Source of the DNA: Octopus vulgaris
Lineage: Eukaryota
Length of the DNA: 64,000 bases
Assembly: GCA_951406725.2 (NCBI GenBank)
Contig: OX597815.1
Coordinates: 199,082,001 to 199,146,000 of the forward strand
Direction: 5' to 3'
Numbering within the stretch: position 1 is the first letter of the stretch; every line of letters begins with the position of its first letter. Shown here piece by piece: positions 1-11,339 of this stretch. The notes under the pieces are model-generated. The model did not search any database and was not told the origin of the DNA. It saw nothing but the letters and a program-made list of their open reading frames with translations. The translations under genes were made by a program, and so were the position numbers.

Positions 1-217
1 TACATACATACATACATACATACATACATACATACATACATACGTACATACATACATACATGCATACAGATATGATTACATATATACATACATGCATACA
101 TATAAACTGAAATATTGATAAGCAAAGAATATATATATATGATATAAATTATATATACATATATGCATATATACATATATATACAAGCCTACATATATAT
201 GTATATATACATGCATA

Positions 218-520
218 TATTGTCCTTATCCTCGAAACGCGGAGGAGATGAAACAGAGACAACTGAAGAAGGGAATATTCTGTATGTTGTGTGTCTCGTT
301 TCTCTGTGTTTTTTCGTTGTTTGAAAAAAGTTCGTTTCTATGTATTTGTTTTTAGGTTTTCGTTTCTCATTGTTTTCAACGTTTTTTTATGTCCTGTATC
401 CATATATGCATGTACATATACATATATATGTAGGTACGTAGATATATGTATGTATATATTCATATATTTATATATTATTTTATATTGTTATATGATCGAA
501 CGCCACGCATCCTTTTCCAT
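218..520 (+). mobile_element. PLE-end-like repeat, family P1 copy 1 (permuted hammerhead core motifs)
   Basis: Aligns by eye with 3185-3715, 30700-30890 and the reverse complement of 48410-48680; carries CTC-GAAAC...25 nt...CTGAAGA-AGGG; flanked by TA-rich tracts. Confidence 0.6.
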
Positions 521-669
521 GTTTTATATATATATATATATATATATTAGATAAAAAACGAATGATTTATACTTGGTAGCTTACTGGTAGAGCACGGTTA
601 CTCTCAGAGTGGTTCGCTATGTATTTGGTTAATGAAACACAGAACATGAAGGATGCATGAATTTTTATT

Positions 670-745
670 AATCACTACAATTGTTTCGATGCTGCAGATA
701 TGAGTTTTCGAACAATGGGAGTTTGTGCATTTTGTGATGGCATTT
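670..745 (-). ncRNA. Dead hammerhead remnant (3' half only)
   Basis: Minus strand GCATC-GAAAC-AATT-GTA-GTGAT with palindromic stem III and an upstream ATCAC partner for stem I, but no CUGANGA. Confidence 0.35.
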
Positions 746-1391
746 TGTGATGACTAGAATGTTCTTTTGTAGCTCTTTTGCCAGATTCATCATGGCTAAA
801 AAAGAATTCTGTTTTGGAGAATTGAAAATGTTTGTTGTTGTGGATTTTGCGTTGGTTAGGGATCCCGTTTATATTTCTATTTGTGCGACGAGTCCTCGGG
901 AGATGGGTAAATGGACAATTATGCTGTAGACATAATCTGTTACGCTGGGGATAGCGGCAGACCCTAGGGTTCCGTGTAGCATGAGTGATTTTTTTTCAAA
1001 TTCGATTTAATATTTGGTGAAGGTGGTGGTGGTGGCGGTGGTGGTGGTGGTGGTGGTAGTGGCGTTGTTTTAAATTGTGCACTTTGAAGGTAGCGGCTGT
1101 TGTGAGGAGGAATTGAACGTCTAGTCCCTCTGGTAAATGAGTGAATTTGCAATCACTGTCAATGCGCAGCCTCTTGTGTAGTGAATAGCGGTATATTTTG
1201 GGGGTTTCGTGTATAGGCTGTAAGAGGCATAGATTTTAATTTGTGTACATTTACGGAGATGTACTTGCATAGCAAGTGATTTGATCTGAGATCGTGTGCT
1301 GAAACGAAAACAATTGCAGCGTGGAAGGTGTTTGTAAGCCATTTAAGAAACACACAAAAGCCGTTCGATTCACTTCAACATTTAAGTTTAA

Positions 1392-1442
1392 TTTGTCAAA
1401 ATATTTTCGTCGCTTTAAGACCGCGACCTGTTCACTGACAAA
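1392..1442 (-). ncRNA. Minimal type I hammerhead-like motif, G3-C8 core variant
   Basis: Minus strand TTTGTCA-GTGAACA-G-GTCGC-(GGTCTTAAA)-GCGAC-GAAA-ATAT-TT-TGACAAA: 7-bp stem I, 5-bp stem II, palindromic stem III (AATATT). Confidence 0.7.
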
Positions 1443-2155
1443 ACGTGTTTGGCAAATTCATTAAGGGGTCTTCAAGTAAGCATTTAGTTGGTTTATCACA
1501 AATTGGGAAAGTAGTAGGTTGAAGCTGTGTCTGTTGCTGTTTTTGAGGTGGTTGTTGTAGCTGTAATTGTTGATGTTGTTGTGATTCTTGCTGCTGTAAT
1601 TGTTGCTGCTGTTGAAGATATGATGGGTGGATAACAAACTCTGGTTAAATGGACTGTGAACAGCTGGAGTCTGAGAAGTTGACCGTTTCATTAAGTAGGC
1701 CGTCAATTGAAGTTGAATTAAGGAGTGTTAAAGGTTGAGGCAGGGTCAGTTGTTCCTGCTGCGGTTGTTGTTGTTGTGGTGGTAGTGGTGGTGATTGTTG
1801 TTGTTTTTGCTGAAGTGGTCGTTGTAGTTGCTGTGATGGCTATTGTGGTTACCGAGGTGGTTGTTGTTGATGTTGTTGTTGTTCTTGGTGTTGACCAGTA
1901 TTTGAAGAGAAAAACCCGTTGGAGTTTTTCAAAATGTCCGTTAATGAATTTAAATGCCATTTCAATGTGTTTAAGTTTGTTTTGAATCTGCTTCTCGGAG
2001 CGATCTCTGAAAAGGTGAATTGTACGTCTGGCTATTAGGTCGCGGCATGATGTGTCTATGTTTTCCGTTCGAGCAAGACAGTACCATGAATTTACCAGAA
2101 GGTCTATTTCATTCTTTGACCAATTTTCTATAGATTTTTGTTGTTGAGTAGTCAT
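1432..2155 (-). pseudogene. Decayed ORF: N-terminal Myb/SANT-like (trihelix-type) domain plus Gln/Pro-rich region, about 240 aa
   Basis: ORF 1718-2155 has WSKNEIDLLVNSW...RSEKQIQNKLKHI. A 1-nt shift near 1925-1930 gives QHQEQQQHQQQPPR*PQ*PSQQLQ...YLQQQQQLQQQESQQHQQLQLQQPPQKQQQ...NTFCQ*; all three internal stops are one C>T change from Gln codons. Confidence 0.7.
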
Positions 2156-2659
2156 CTTAGAGTTGTTGTTTTTTTTGCTTTTTTTAATATATTTGTTTGT
2201 TAATTATCGATTTACTCCTTGCGTTAGTGTTTAGTTGTGTAGAAACATATGCATCAGTAGTGAAGAGTTAGTGTAGATTGTATTTGTATTTGAGATAAAT
2301 ATTTACATATGCTTGAAGACAAAATATTATACGATATGTATATGATAGTGCAGAACTTTTTGTTTTCATAAGGAAATTTGTAGTTCGAAAGTGAAGTGTG
2401 TTTGGTTTTGCGAAATTCTGTGATAGTTTGATACATATAGTCTTATATATGCGGCCATTAGTTTTAAAGGGAGAGTTTTCGACAGGGATACATGAATGAA
2501 AATTCAAAAGTGTGTGCGTAAATTTTGGGTGCTCTATGAATTTAATAAAATCGCAGAATGCATGTGTGCGTGCGCATATATTCAATAGAATCACAGGAGA
2601 ACTTTATACTGTACTCACGAGAAATCATTTCTTTTTCCACAGGTTATTGCAGGCGTTAT

Positions 2660-3709
2660 GGGGTCAAAATTAATCTTCTGTTACTTTCTCATCGCAGCTT
2701 TCGCAGGAATTTGGAACCAAAATTTAAAGATTTCTGAGTTGATATGGTTTCTGTTTCTTCAACTACTTACTAAACAGAGCGATGAAAAACGCTTCCGGGT
2801 GCCACGGTGTCTCCTCTCCCCTTCACCGTTCCCTCTCTCTCACTCTTCCTCCTCGACTCTCTCGTCGCTGACACGTGATGAGAGGGAAGCTATCTTTCCG
2901 ACTACTACCTTCACAAAGACTAGACGGGCTCATCTTGTCTCTTCATAAGCCCGTCTCCTTGAACGTTCAGAATAATTTTTCCATCGTCTTGGCTTAACAG
3001 CCCTCATTGTTTGTTTTTATTGTTTTCTTCTCATTGTTCTGTCTTTTACTGTTTTTACTTTTGTATTGTTTTACTGTTTTGTTCTCACTGTCCTGTTCTT
3101 GTTACCACTTTCACCCTCCGCAAAAAACCCCAAACTTTATTTAATTTGCTTTGCGGGAAGGACCGTTTCAATGAAGTCGCGTCTTGTTCTTACCTTCGAA
3201 ACGCAGAGTAGAAGAAACAGGGACAACTGAAGAAGGGGAATATACCTTGTGTTGTATGATTGATTGATTGATTGATTCTAGTTTCAGCTTATGAGCTGTG
3301 GCCATGCTGGGGCACCGCCATTTGGTGTTGCTACTTGGTTTCACTTCATGGAGGCTTTCTAGCAACTGCTATTTGGTGCATGAGAGAGTTCGATGCAGCT
3401 GCCCTCATCTGCCCCTCCTGCCGTGAAGTTGGTTCATCTGGGACACCTGACAGGAAGAGATCCAGCTTCATTTTAAAGACATCTGTATCCACCCCATGCA
3501 GGTCTCTCAGGTTCTTCGGGAGGATATGTCTCGTTTCTCTGGGGGTCTTCTTTCGTTGTTTGAAAAACAGTTCGTTTCTATGTTTTTGTTTTTATGCTTT
3601 CGTTTCTCATTGTGTTCAAAGTGTTTTGATGTCCTGTTTTGATGCATGTATATATACATATATATGTAGGGATGTACATATATGTATGTGTATATACATA
3701 CATTTATAT

Positions 3710-3715
<6 letters not shown>
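2660..3715 (+). mobile_element. Family P1 copy 2, interrupted by a CR1-like LINE fragment
   Basis: 3190-3258 and 3527-3650 match 225-400 colinearly; ends in (TA)n; 5' boundary uncertain. Confidence 0.55.
3258..3527 (-). mobile_element. 5'-truncated CR1-like LINE 3' end with (TCAA)n tail
   Basis: Minus frame reads ILPKNLRDLHGVDTDVFKMKLDLFLSGVPDEPTSRQEGQMRAAASNSLMHQ, resembling a CR1-group ORF2 C-terminus; short tandem tail; splits the P1 element. Confidence 0.7.
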
Positions 3716-3756
<41 letters not shown>

Positions 3757-3763
<7 letters not shown>

Positions 3764-3934
3764 CTACTCGCTACAGCAAAAATCGAAGAACTGAAGTCGG
3801 GCAAGCTGGTCGCTAGAATTTTTAAAATTCGTTATTGAATCAATTCAATATAGAGATAACGAATTTTTAAAATTCTAACGGCCAGCTTGTCCGACTTCAG
3901 TTCTTCGATTTTTGCTGTAGCGAGTAGATTATAT
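3757..3934. repeat. Inverted repeat, about 79-bp arms and 20-bp spacer, abutting (TA)n
   Basis: 3757-3835 is the near-exact reverse complement of 3856-3934; unique extension runs to the next (TA)n at about 4125. Confidence 0.9.
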
Positions 3935-4125
3935 GTGGAAATTGACGATTTAATAGTCTGTTATCAGCATATTGGCTTTGAAATAATTTCCTTTAGCCCT
4001 TACTTATAAGTTGTTTATAATTTTAACCGTAAAGTAATTTTAACCGTAAAGGTATTTTAATATGCTGCCACATTTCTTGATGGAATTTTTTTCTGTAGAG
4101 AAAAAAACTTGATCCTATATTAGTA

Positions 4126-4184
<59 letters not shown>

Positions 4185-4196
4185 TATATGTATATA

Positions 4197-4580
4197 GTAA
4201 CAGTTATCGCCAAGCTAATATGGCAGTATGGCAGTCCATAAATATAGGACGAATGCTGCCGTTGATTAGCTCCAAGAGGCCACCGCTTCTAGCTAGCTAT
4301 GTAACACACGAATCTGTGTCCATTATAACCTTCCAACAGAGGAGGTCAGCCGCTTCCTTTGCTGGCCAGGCATCTGCAGACTAGTTTCAGGGTAATAACC
4401 TTTCGGGGTATTTGCTCCTGACCTGCACTGACCTGTAATCCTCAATCTTTGCAGCATCTGCGGCCTACTTCGCAAATCGTTGGCGGGACTTAAATGTCAC
4501 ATTCCACCGAAGCATTATGATTGACTAAGAAAGACTATGTTGTCGGAGCCACATACGTCGAAACCGTAGGGAGAGTCCAC
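4197..4580 (-). mobile_element. Probable non-LTR retrotransposon 3' fragment
   Basis: GC-richer island next to (TA)n with weak resemblance to a restriction-like-endonuclease LINE C-terminus; not firmly assignable. Confidence 0.25.
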
Positions 4581-4685
4581 CATCATATATGTGTTTGTGT
4601 GTGTAGCGTCAATAATACTTTAATTGTTCCACGTCCTGCGTTACTGTGTTTTTTTCTCTTTTTTTCTGTGTTTTCTTGTTTGGAT

Positions 4686-4731
<46 letters not shown>

Positions 4732-5624
4732 TACTATGTATTCTCATATGGCTTCTTCCTTTTAATTTCGAAAAATGTTTCTTTTCATTTTTTTTTTTTT
4801 TTTTTTTCATTCTCTCTTTCCAATCAATGTACACAAGTTTTCGAAAGATGAACAACTTTCGAAACTTGATAATTAACTCTTTCTACTTCACCAAACGCCA
4901 AGCTAATAATTTGATATTGAGCCTGACCTGTCTTGTCACTTTTTTGCTTTTTTTGCTTTTTTTTTTTTTTTTTTGCTTTTGCTTGTCTATGCATACACGA
5001 AGGGACATATCTACACACACACATAATTACATACGCACTTGCACAACTCACCCAAACACATATTTGCATACATACATATATATACATACACGTTCACTGG
5101 CGAACAATAGTTACATGTAGGATTTTTTTACTTTTGTTTTGATGTATAGAGGACTTATACATCCAAACATCTAAATAAATAAATTTTGAAAGGAAAAATG
5201 AATAGGATCTATCGGAATAATACTGAAAGAAATCCATCAGGAACACAGAAGTGATAATGAAGTTTAGTTAACGCTGACGGCCATTGGAGTATATACATTC
5301 TTATATGTCGGGTGTTATCACATCTAAATATCAATTACAGAGCTAGAAAGAGTAACGTTTCGAAGAATGAAGCTAAGAAGTTGGTAATGCCAAGCTATGA
5401 AGCGCTGTAATATGATGCTGCAATTGAAATGTTCGATATCTGCATTACATACAGAAGCGCATATACACAGACTCACGCACGGACGCACGCACACACAAGC
5501 ACACACATACACATACATACATACATACATAGATACATGCACGCAAGCACGCACACACGCAGAGGCAAGCGTAAGCAAACAAACTAATAAACACATTCAT
5601 ACCTGTGCTTGAATAATGTTTGTG

Positions 5625-5742
5625 ATATATATATATATATATATATTTAAGTGTGTTTGTGTATGTGTGTGTGTGTGTATATATATATATATGTGCATAT
5701 ATATACATATATATGTGTATATATATATATATGAATGTATTA

Positions 5743-5773
<31 letters not shown>

Positions 5774-5842
5774 GAGTGTGTGTTTATATATATGTATATG
5801 TGCATATATATACATATATATGTGTATATATTTATATGAATG

Positions 5843-5907
<65 letters not shown>

Positions 5908-5909
5908 GC

Positions 5910-5956
<47 letters not shown>

Positions 5957-5969
5957 TACATATATATAC

Positions 5970-6002
<33 letters not shown>

Positions 6003-6015
6003 CACACACACACAA
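5625..6015. repeat. Compound (TA)n/(TG)n microsatellite
   Basis: Directly visible. Confidence 0.95.
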
Positions 6016-6547
6016 ACTGAAAGAAATATGAGTTTGTGATGATTATTTTAGAAAAGAGTGCGTATGGTGCATGTGTTTACGTATAGGTGCTTATCAGTGC
6101 GTGTGGGGTGGAGGGGTGTCTGTCTGTATTTGGTTTGGCCTGGTGTGCGTGTGTGCGTGCGCGCGTTTACGAGCTCACGCGCGGGAATTAGTGACAGAAA
6201 GTGAGGTAGATATGAAGAAAGAATAGTAAAGACGATCCTAATAGAAATGTGTAGATTTTCAGGTGAATGAGCAAAATTTTATTTGATCGGCCATTTGGCA
6301 CTAAGTGTTATGGAAAACTGAAAGTTTTCCTTTTTTTTTTATTTTATTTATTTATTTAGTTAGTCCCCCCCCCTTCTTTTTGAAAATGAAGACTTCTCAT
6401 TGCAATGAAATAACGACTGGCAGTGAATTGAGTTACATGTAGAGGCGATGGTGGCGGCGGTAGAGCTGGAGATGAGAGAGAGAGAGTTGGTGGGGGACAG
6501 ACAGGCCGAGACAGAAAGACAGGCAGAGAGACAGACAGAGACAGTGA

Positions 6548-6559
6548 AAGAAAGAAGGA

Positions 6560-6622
<63 letters not shown>

Positions 6623-6816
6623 GAAGGAAGGAAAGAAAGACAGAAAGAAAGAAAGAAAGAAAGAATGAATGAAAGAGAGAAAGAAAGAAAGAAGGAAGAA
6701 AGAAAGAAAGAATGAAAGAAAGAAAGAAAGAAAGGAAGATAGAAAGAAATAAAGGAAGAAAGACAGAAAGAAAGAAAGAAGGAAAGAAAGAAAGAAAGAT
6801 AGAAAGGAAGAAAGAT

Positions 6817-6862
<46 letters not shown>
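6548..6862. repeat. (AAAG)n microsatellite
   Basis: Directly visible. Confidence 0.95.
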
Positions 6863-6863
<1 letters not shown>

Positions 6864-7671
6864 GTGAATGCTGGGAGCAGGGATAAAGAACGAGCTGTAA
6901 AAAGTTGTATCACTTAAGTTTGCAATTTAGTGTGGATGAGGGAATGGCAATTCAAAAGATTGGAACATAGACAAAAGAAAAAACAAAAACAAAAAGAAAA
7001 AAACCGAAAGCGAAAGCGAAAGAGATGGCATTTGTGTGTGTGTGTGTGTGTTATTCGATATTCTAACGGTTTCGAGTGGTCATTACAAAGGTTTTATGTT
7101 GCAACAGATAATATAAGGGATATAAAATGAGCCTTTTGCTTCGATAGCAATCAGTGTTGTGATTTATCAGATATTCTGACAGCTGGGCTCACTCCAGCCG
7201 ATTTTGACTATTAGTGCGGCCACTTTGATAGCCAGTTAGCTACCTATTGGCTGGCTATAGGAGAGCTGGGTTCTATGCTTTTATGGGGATAGGTTTTGGC
7301 TAACGTTGACCACTAATATTATTGTTATCGATCTCATAAAAGGCGTCTTTGCTCGCTTTGTTCCTAGCTTTCGGTTTTTCAGGTTTTTCTTTAAACTTCC
7401 TTTCCTGCTCTGTGTTTCTTTCTTCTTCTCTTTCTTTCTAATTTTCTAAATCTACTTTCGGTTTTCTTGGCTACTATTCCTATCTTCCGTTAATACTGCG
7501 TAATAAACCGACCTCAAAAGACAAGAAAATAAAGAAGGATCTTTTGAGAATTTCGTGAAGAAATTGAAAGGAAAGTAAAACACACACACTCACACACACA
7601 CACGTACACACATACACACCCACATATGCACACAACCCCCCCACACACACACACACACATGCATACACATA

Positions 7672-7718
<47 letters not shown>

Positions 7719-7810
7719 ATGTATGTATGCAAGTATGCATGTGTGTATGTATGTACGCATGCGCGTGCATGTATGCATGTACATATACGCATATATATAA
7801 ATGTGTGTGT

Positions 7811-7854
<44 letters not shown>

Positions 7855-7947
7855 GTCAAATAATGAAGAGTGAGAAAGAAACGCAGTACGACACAAGAGA
7901 AGTTTCACTGAGAGGAATGACAACACAGCAGAATGCAAGATTGAGTG

Positions 7948-8034
<87 letters not shown>

Positions 8035-8051
8035 ATATATATAAAATATAT

Positions 8052-8084
<33 letters not shown>

Positions 8085-8696
8085 GTACGTATGTTTGAAT
8101 GTATGTACGTATGTTACGCAGGAATTGATAGAAAGATAGGATGTTAGCGCAGCAATTCAAACTTAATTTCTAATGTTTAAAGTCAGTGGCTTCAATTCAA
8201 CAATTTATAACACAATTTATTTGTCCGCTTCTTCGATCTCGTCGCGTGTTAACTACTTATCTGCAGATATCTGGTGCTGGTCTCAAGGAGTTCGAATTGC
8301 ATCCACTCTTTCGTTATTATATGGAGCATTTTGTCACCACACTGAACTGATCCATGTTGTTAAAACAAACCTTGATTCTGCCGGTTTCTTGTCGCAGGTA
8401 AGGCCTGTCGGTTTCGGCCGTAGTGGGCTCTGGACGCGATAATCCTTTTGTTTTTCTGCAATGCTACTAGCTTAGACTGCATGGTCCACTGCTTTATCAC
8501 TCCTAACAAATCTCAATATGTTCCAGTTGCGACACAGACATGAAGATCATAAAAGAAAAAGTCGCTGTCGGATTTCTTTTCGAGCCAGTCGATGTTGAGA
8601 TTCCTGGTGAGCTCGATCCATGACGGCTTTTCTCGTCCGTCAAACTGAGATGAGGACGTCGAACCTGAGGAGAGAACTACATAAAGTAGAGTGATT

Positions 8697-9012
8697 GTTT
8701 GTTCCTTCTCGCGCCATGCCTGGCTCATAAGGACCAGTTTCCCGGTTTCCTTGGCGTATAGGTTCCCCACCTGGACGGGACGCCGGTCCGTCGCGGGTGA
8801 ACTGCAAGATGCAGGAGGAAAGAGTGAGTGAAAGTTGTGGCGAAAGAGTCAGCTGATATTCGACATTACCTTCTGCCGAAGCCGCGTGGAGCTTAGGTGT
8901 TTCGCTCATAAACACACATATCGCTCGGTCTGAGATTCGAACCCGCGATCCCTCGACCGCGATCCCTCGACCGCGATTCCCCTGCTCTAACCACTAGGCC
9001 ATGTGCTTCCAC
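8697..9012 (-). mobile_element. tRNA-headed SINE, family A2
   Basis: Reverse complement of 19973-20269; A box TGGCCTAGTGG and B box GGTTCGAATC; internal short duplication at 8943-8978. Confidence 0.85.
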
Positions 9013-9409
9013 AAAGCAGAGTGATTGCTGAAGCAAACTTTGCTCGCAGATGTTTACGGCAATTTTATTTTTACTATTAAAATCGACAGCGCGTAGGTGA
9101 GGTTACTTGTTCAATAGAGAACCTACAATTTGTTTATTTCAATAAAGAGTTCATTTTTACCCTACTCTACGTTTTTAATGTATGTTCGTGTATCCCCATA
9201 CTCCTATAACACCTATATAACACATTTTGCATAAATGAATGAAATCTAGTGAGAAATAATACCAAAACGAAGTGCTGAATGTAAATAATGTTGTCTAGAA
9301 ATAATACGACTCCGGAATATAATGGCTTTCGACATACAGTCTCGGCGATCTATGTTCGAATCTTTCAATGTTCGAATCTTACCTTTCATTCTAATAAGCT
9401 TAAAGTAAT

Positions 9410-9610
9410 CATTTCTACAATAAGCACAAGGCCTGAAAATTTAGTGGGAAAGGATTTACATTGACCCCCAGTGTTCAACTGGTACTCATTGTATCGACTC
9501 CGAAAGTAAAAATGTCCACATTAGTGGAATTCGAACTCAGACGGTAAAACATAGACATTACGCTGTGAAGTATTTTACCCGACGTTGCTAACGATTCTGC
9601 CGGATCGCTG
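9410..9610 (-). mobile_element. SINE family C, diverged
   Basis: Similar to 21706-21916. Confidence 0.65.
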
Positions 9611-9879
9611 TCTTTTGATAAGCTCATGATAATAACTATTACTTGCTTTCTTTAACCATGTGTTACCTGTGACTGAGCCGCTGTTATAAAACAACAAAAA
9701 TATGTTCCCTACTTTTTTTTTTTTCAAGCATATTGCAACGATTTTAAAGCCAGTGATTTGGCAGAAGCTTTTGAGCATTGTGGTATTTGCTTTTAACACT
9801 GTGCGATTTGGGTTCAAATTCCGCCGCAGTCAACTTCACTATTCACCCTTTTGGAGTCGACAAATAAATTATCAATCCT

Positions 9880-10850
9880 AAGTCGGGGATTGGCGGAAAC
9901 TACACGTTTTGGGCCTACAAGAAGCAAATTTATTGACAGCATAGAATTCTAGAGTCCTACAACTGATAAATCCTGCCAACGCATTTTCAATCGTTGATTT
10001 GTTGTTGAAGGCGTTTCAAGCTGTTACTTTTGCAGAAAATTATCGAAAGAGGAAGTTTTGTAAAGTAAACCACTTGACATGAACTTCTTTGTACATTTCG
10101 TTGGATTTCGCCAAAGCCATTTGTATATTTTCTACAGCATTATGGAGAGAAGAGTCGAGTCTATTGCAATCGGTGAAGCATTCCCTTTTCATGATAATAC
10201 TTCTGTGCTGTAATGTTCTCTATGGGCTTTAAAACTGTATATACAGGATTCTTTTGCTGACCACAAAACCGTGACTACAACTTTCTTTTGAAATGCAGCT
10301 TCGGTTTAGAAAAGTAAGCGGGTGCTTCACCTTGGTATTTCCGCTCCGCAGGCAGCTGTTAGTTGTAGCATAGAATGCAGTTTTTTGTCACATTTCCCAG
10401 TGAGATAAAAAAAAAAAAGTAGAATCAATGTTTTCGTTGTATAAAGGAAGCAGAAAGCAAAACTCGTTATGATGTATTTTATTTTCTTTCCGCTTCTGCA
10501 GCAGCATATGTCGGACATTTTTGATTTGCAATTCAAACGCAAATGTCAAACAATTATTGAATGCTTAACTTTTCTTCCTTCCATAACCTTTTGGATTGTT
10601 TTTCGTGGATCTGCTTCAATAATGGCTCTCAATTTGGTTGCTGTCAACCGCAGAAAATCGTCCTCGGCAACTCTCATCTTAGCGCCTATCATTTGCGTTG
10701 CAAACCTTTTGGCACCAACGTTCAAATGTAAGTTCCTGGCTCTATGGTAAAGCGCTTGGCTGATATTACTCGCTGCTTTGCATTTTATTTAAACAAGTAC
10801 AGTATAATGGCTTTAATCTGAATTTTTTTTTTTGCTAAGAATGTAGCTGT
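9880..10850 (-). mobile_element. Degenerate mariner transposase remnant
   Basis: Minus-strand fragments KLRAIIEADPRKTIQ and KKVVVTVLWSAK resemble mariner transposase blocks; many stops and frameshifts. Confidence 0.7.
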
Positions 10851-11339
10851 CCAGCATGAAGAATGATAATGTATGAAAGCAAAATCATTAACATAAATGA
10901 AAGACCTAAAACTAATTGTCAAAATGTATTACAACTATTCATTTCTGATTCTAGAATAAGCTATGCCCTTAGTGTTCGAAGTCCCCGTTCAAACTGTTGC
11001 AAGTCGATACCTACAAGAAAGATTGTTGTAAGGAAAATATTCCGGAGAGAAGAAACTAACCATAATGTTTAGTACAGTATCTGGAGTTTTAAACATGATA
11101 TGAAGAAGAAGGGTGTGTGGATGGGGAGGAGGAAGAGCAGCATCAGCAGCATGGGGGAGGGGAGAAGATGAAGAAGGAGGATAAAGAAATCGATTGTGCT
11201 AAAGTTCGTTGATTGCTGATTTCCACCCAATTTGAATTCCGAAAACACACTATGTCACATGGTACCACCGACGCTTCCATCAGTCGCAGAGGACCCAAGG
11301 CTATGTAAGTCGTATGTTTATTTTAATATTAATGAAAAT

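Noticed and set aside
1718-1920. Mucin-like poly-Thr tail, and the poly-Val ORF 1725-1985 on plus
   Set aside because: Shifted-frame and antisense readings of the Gln-rich frame, which extends much further
4836-4870. GAAAG/CTTTC hairpin followed by GAAAC (relative at about 26926-26960)
   Set aside because: No catalytic 5' core or stem I found
8180-8695. Non-repetitive GC-moderate block, possibly an exon or LINE fragment
   Set aside because: Stops in the frames examined and no recognisable motif or splice pair
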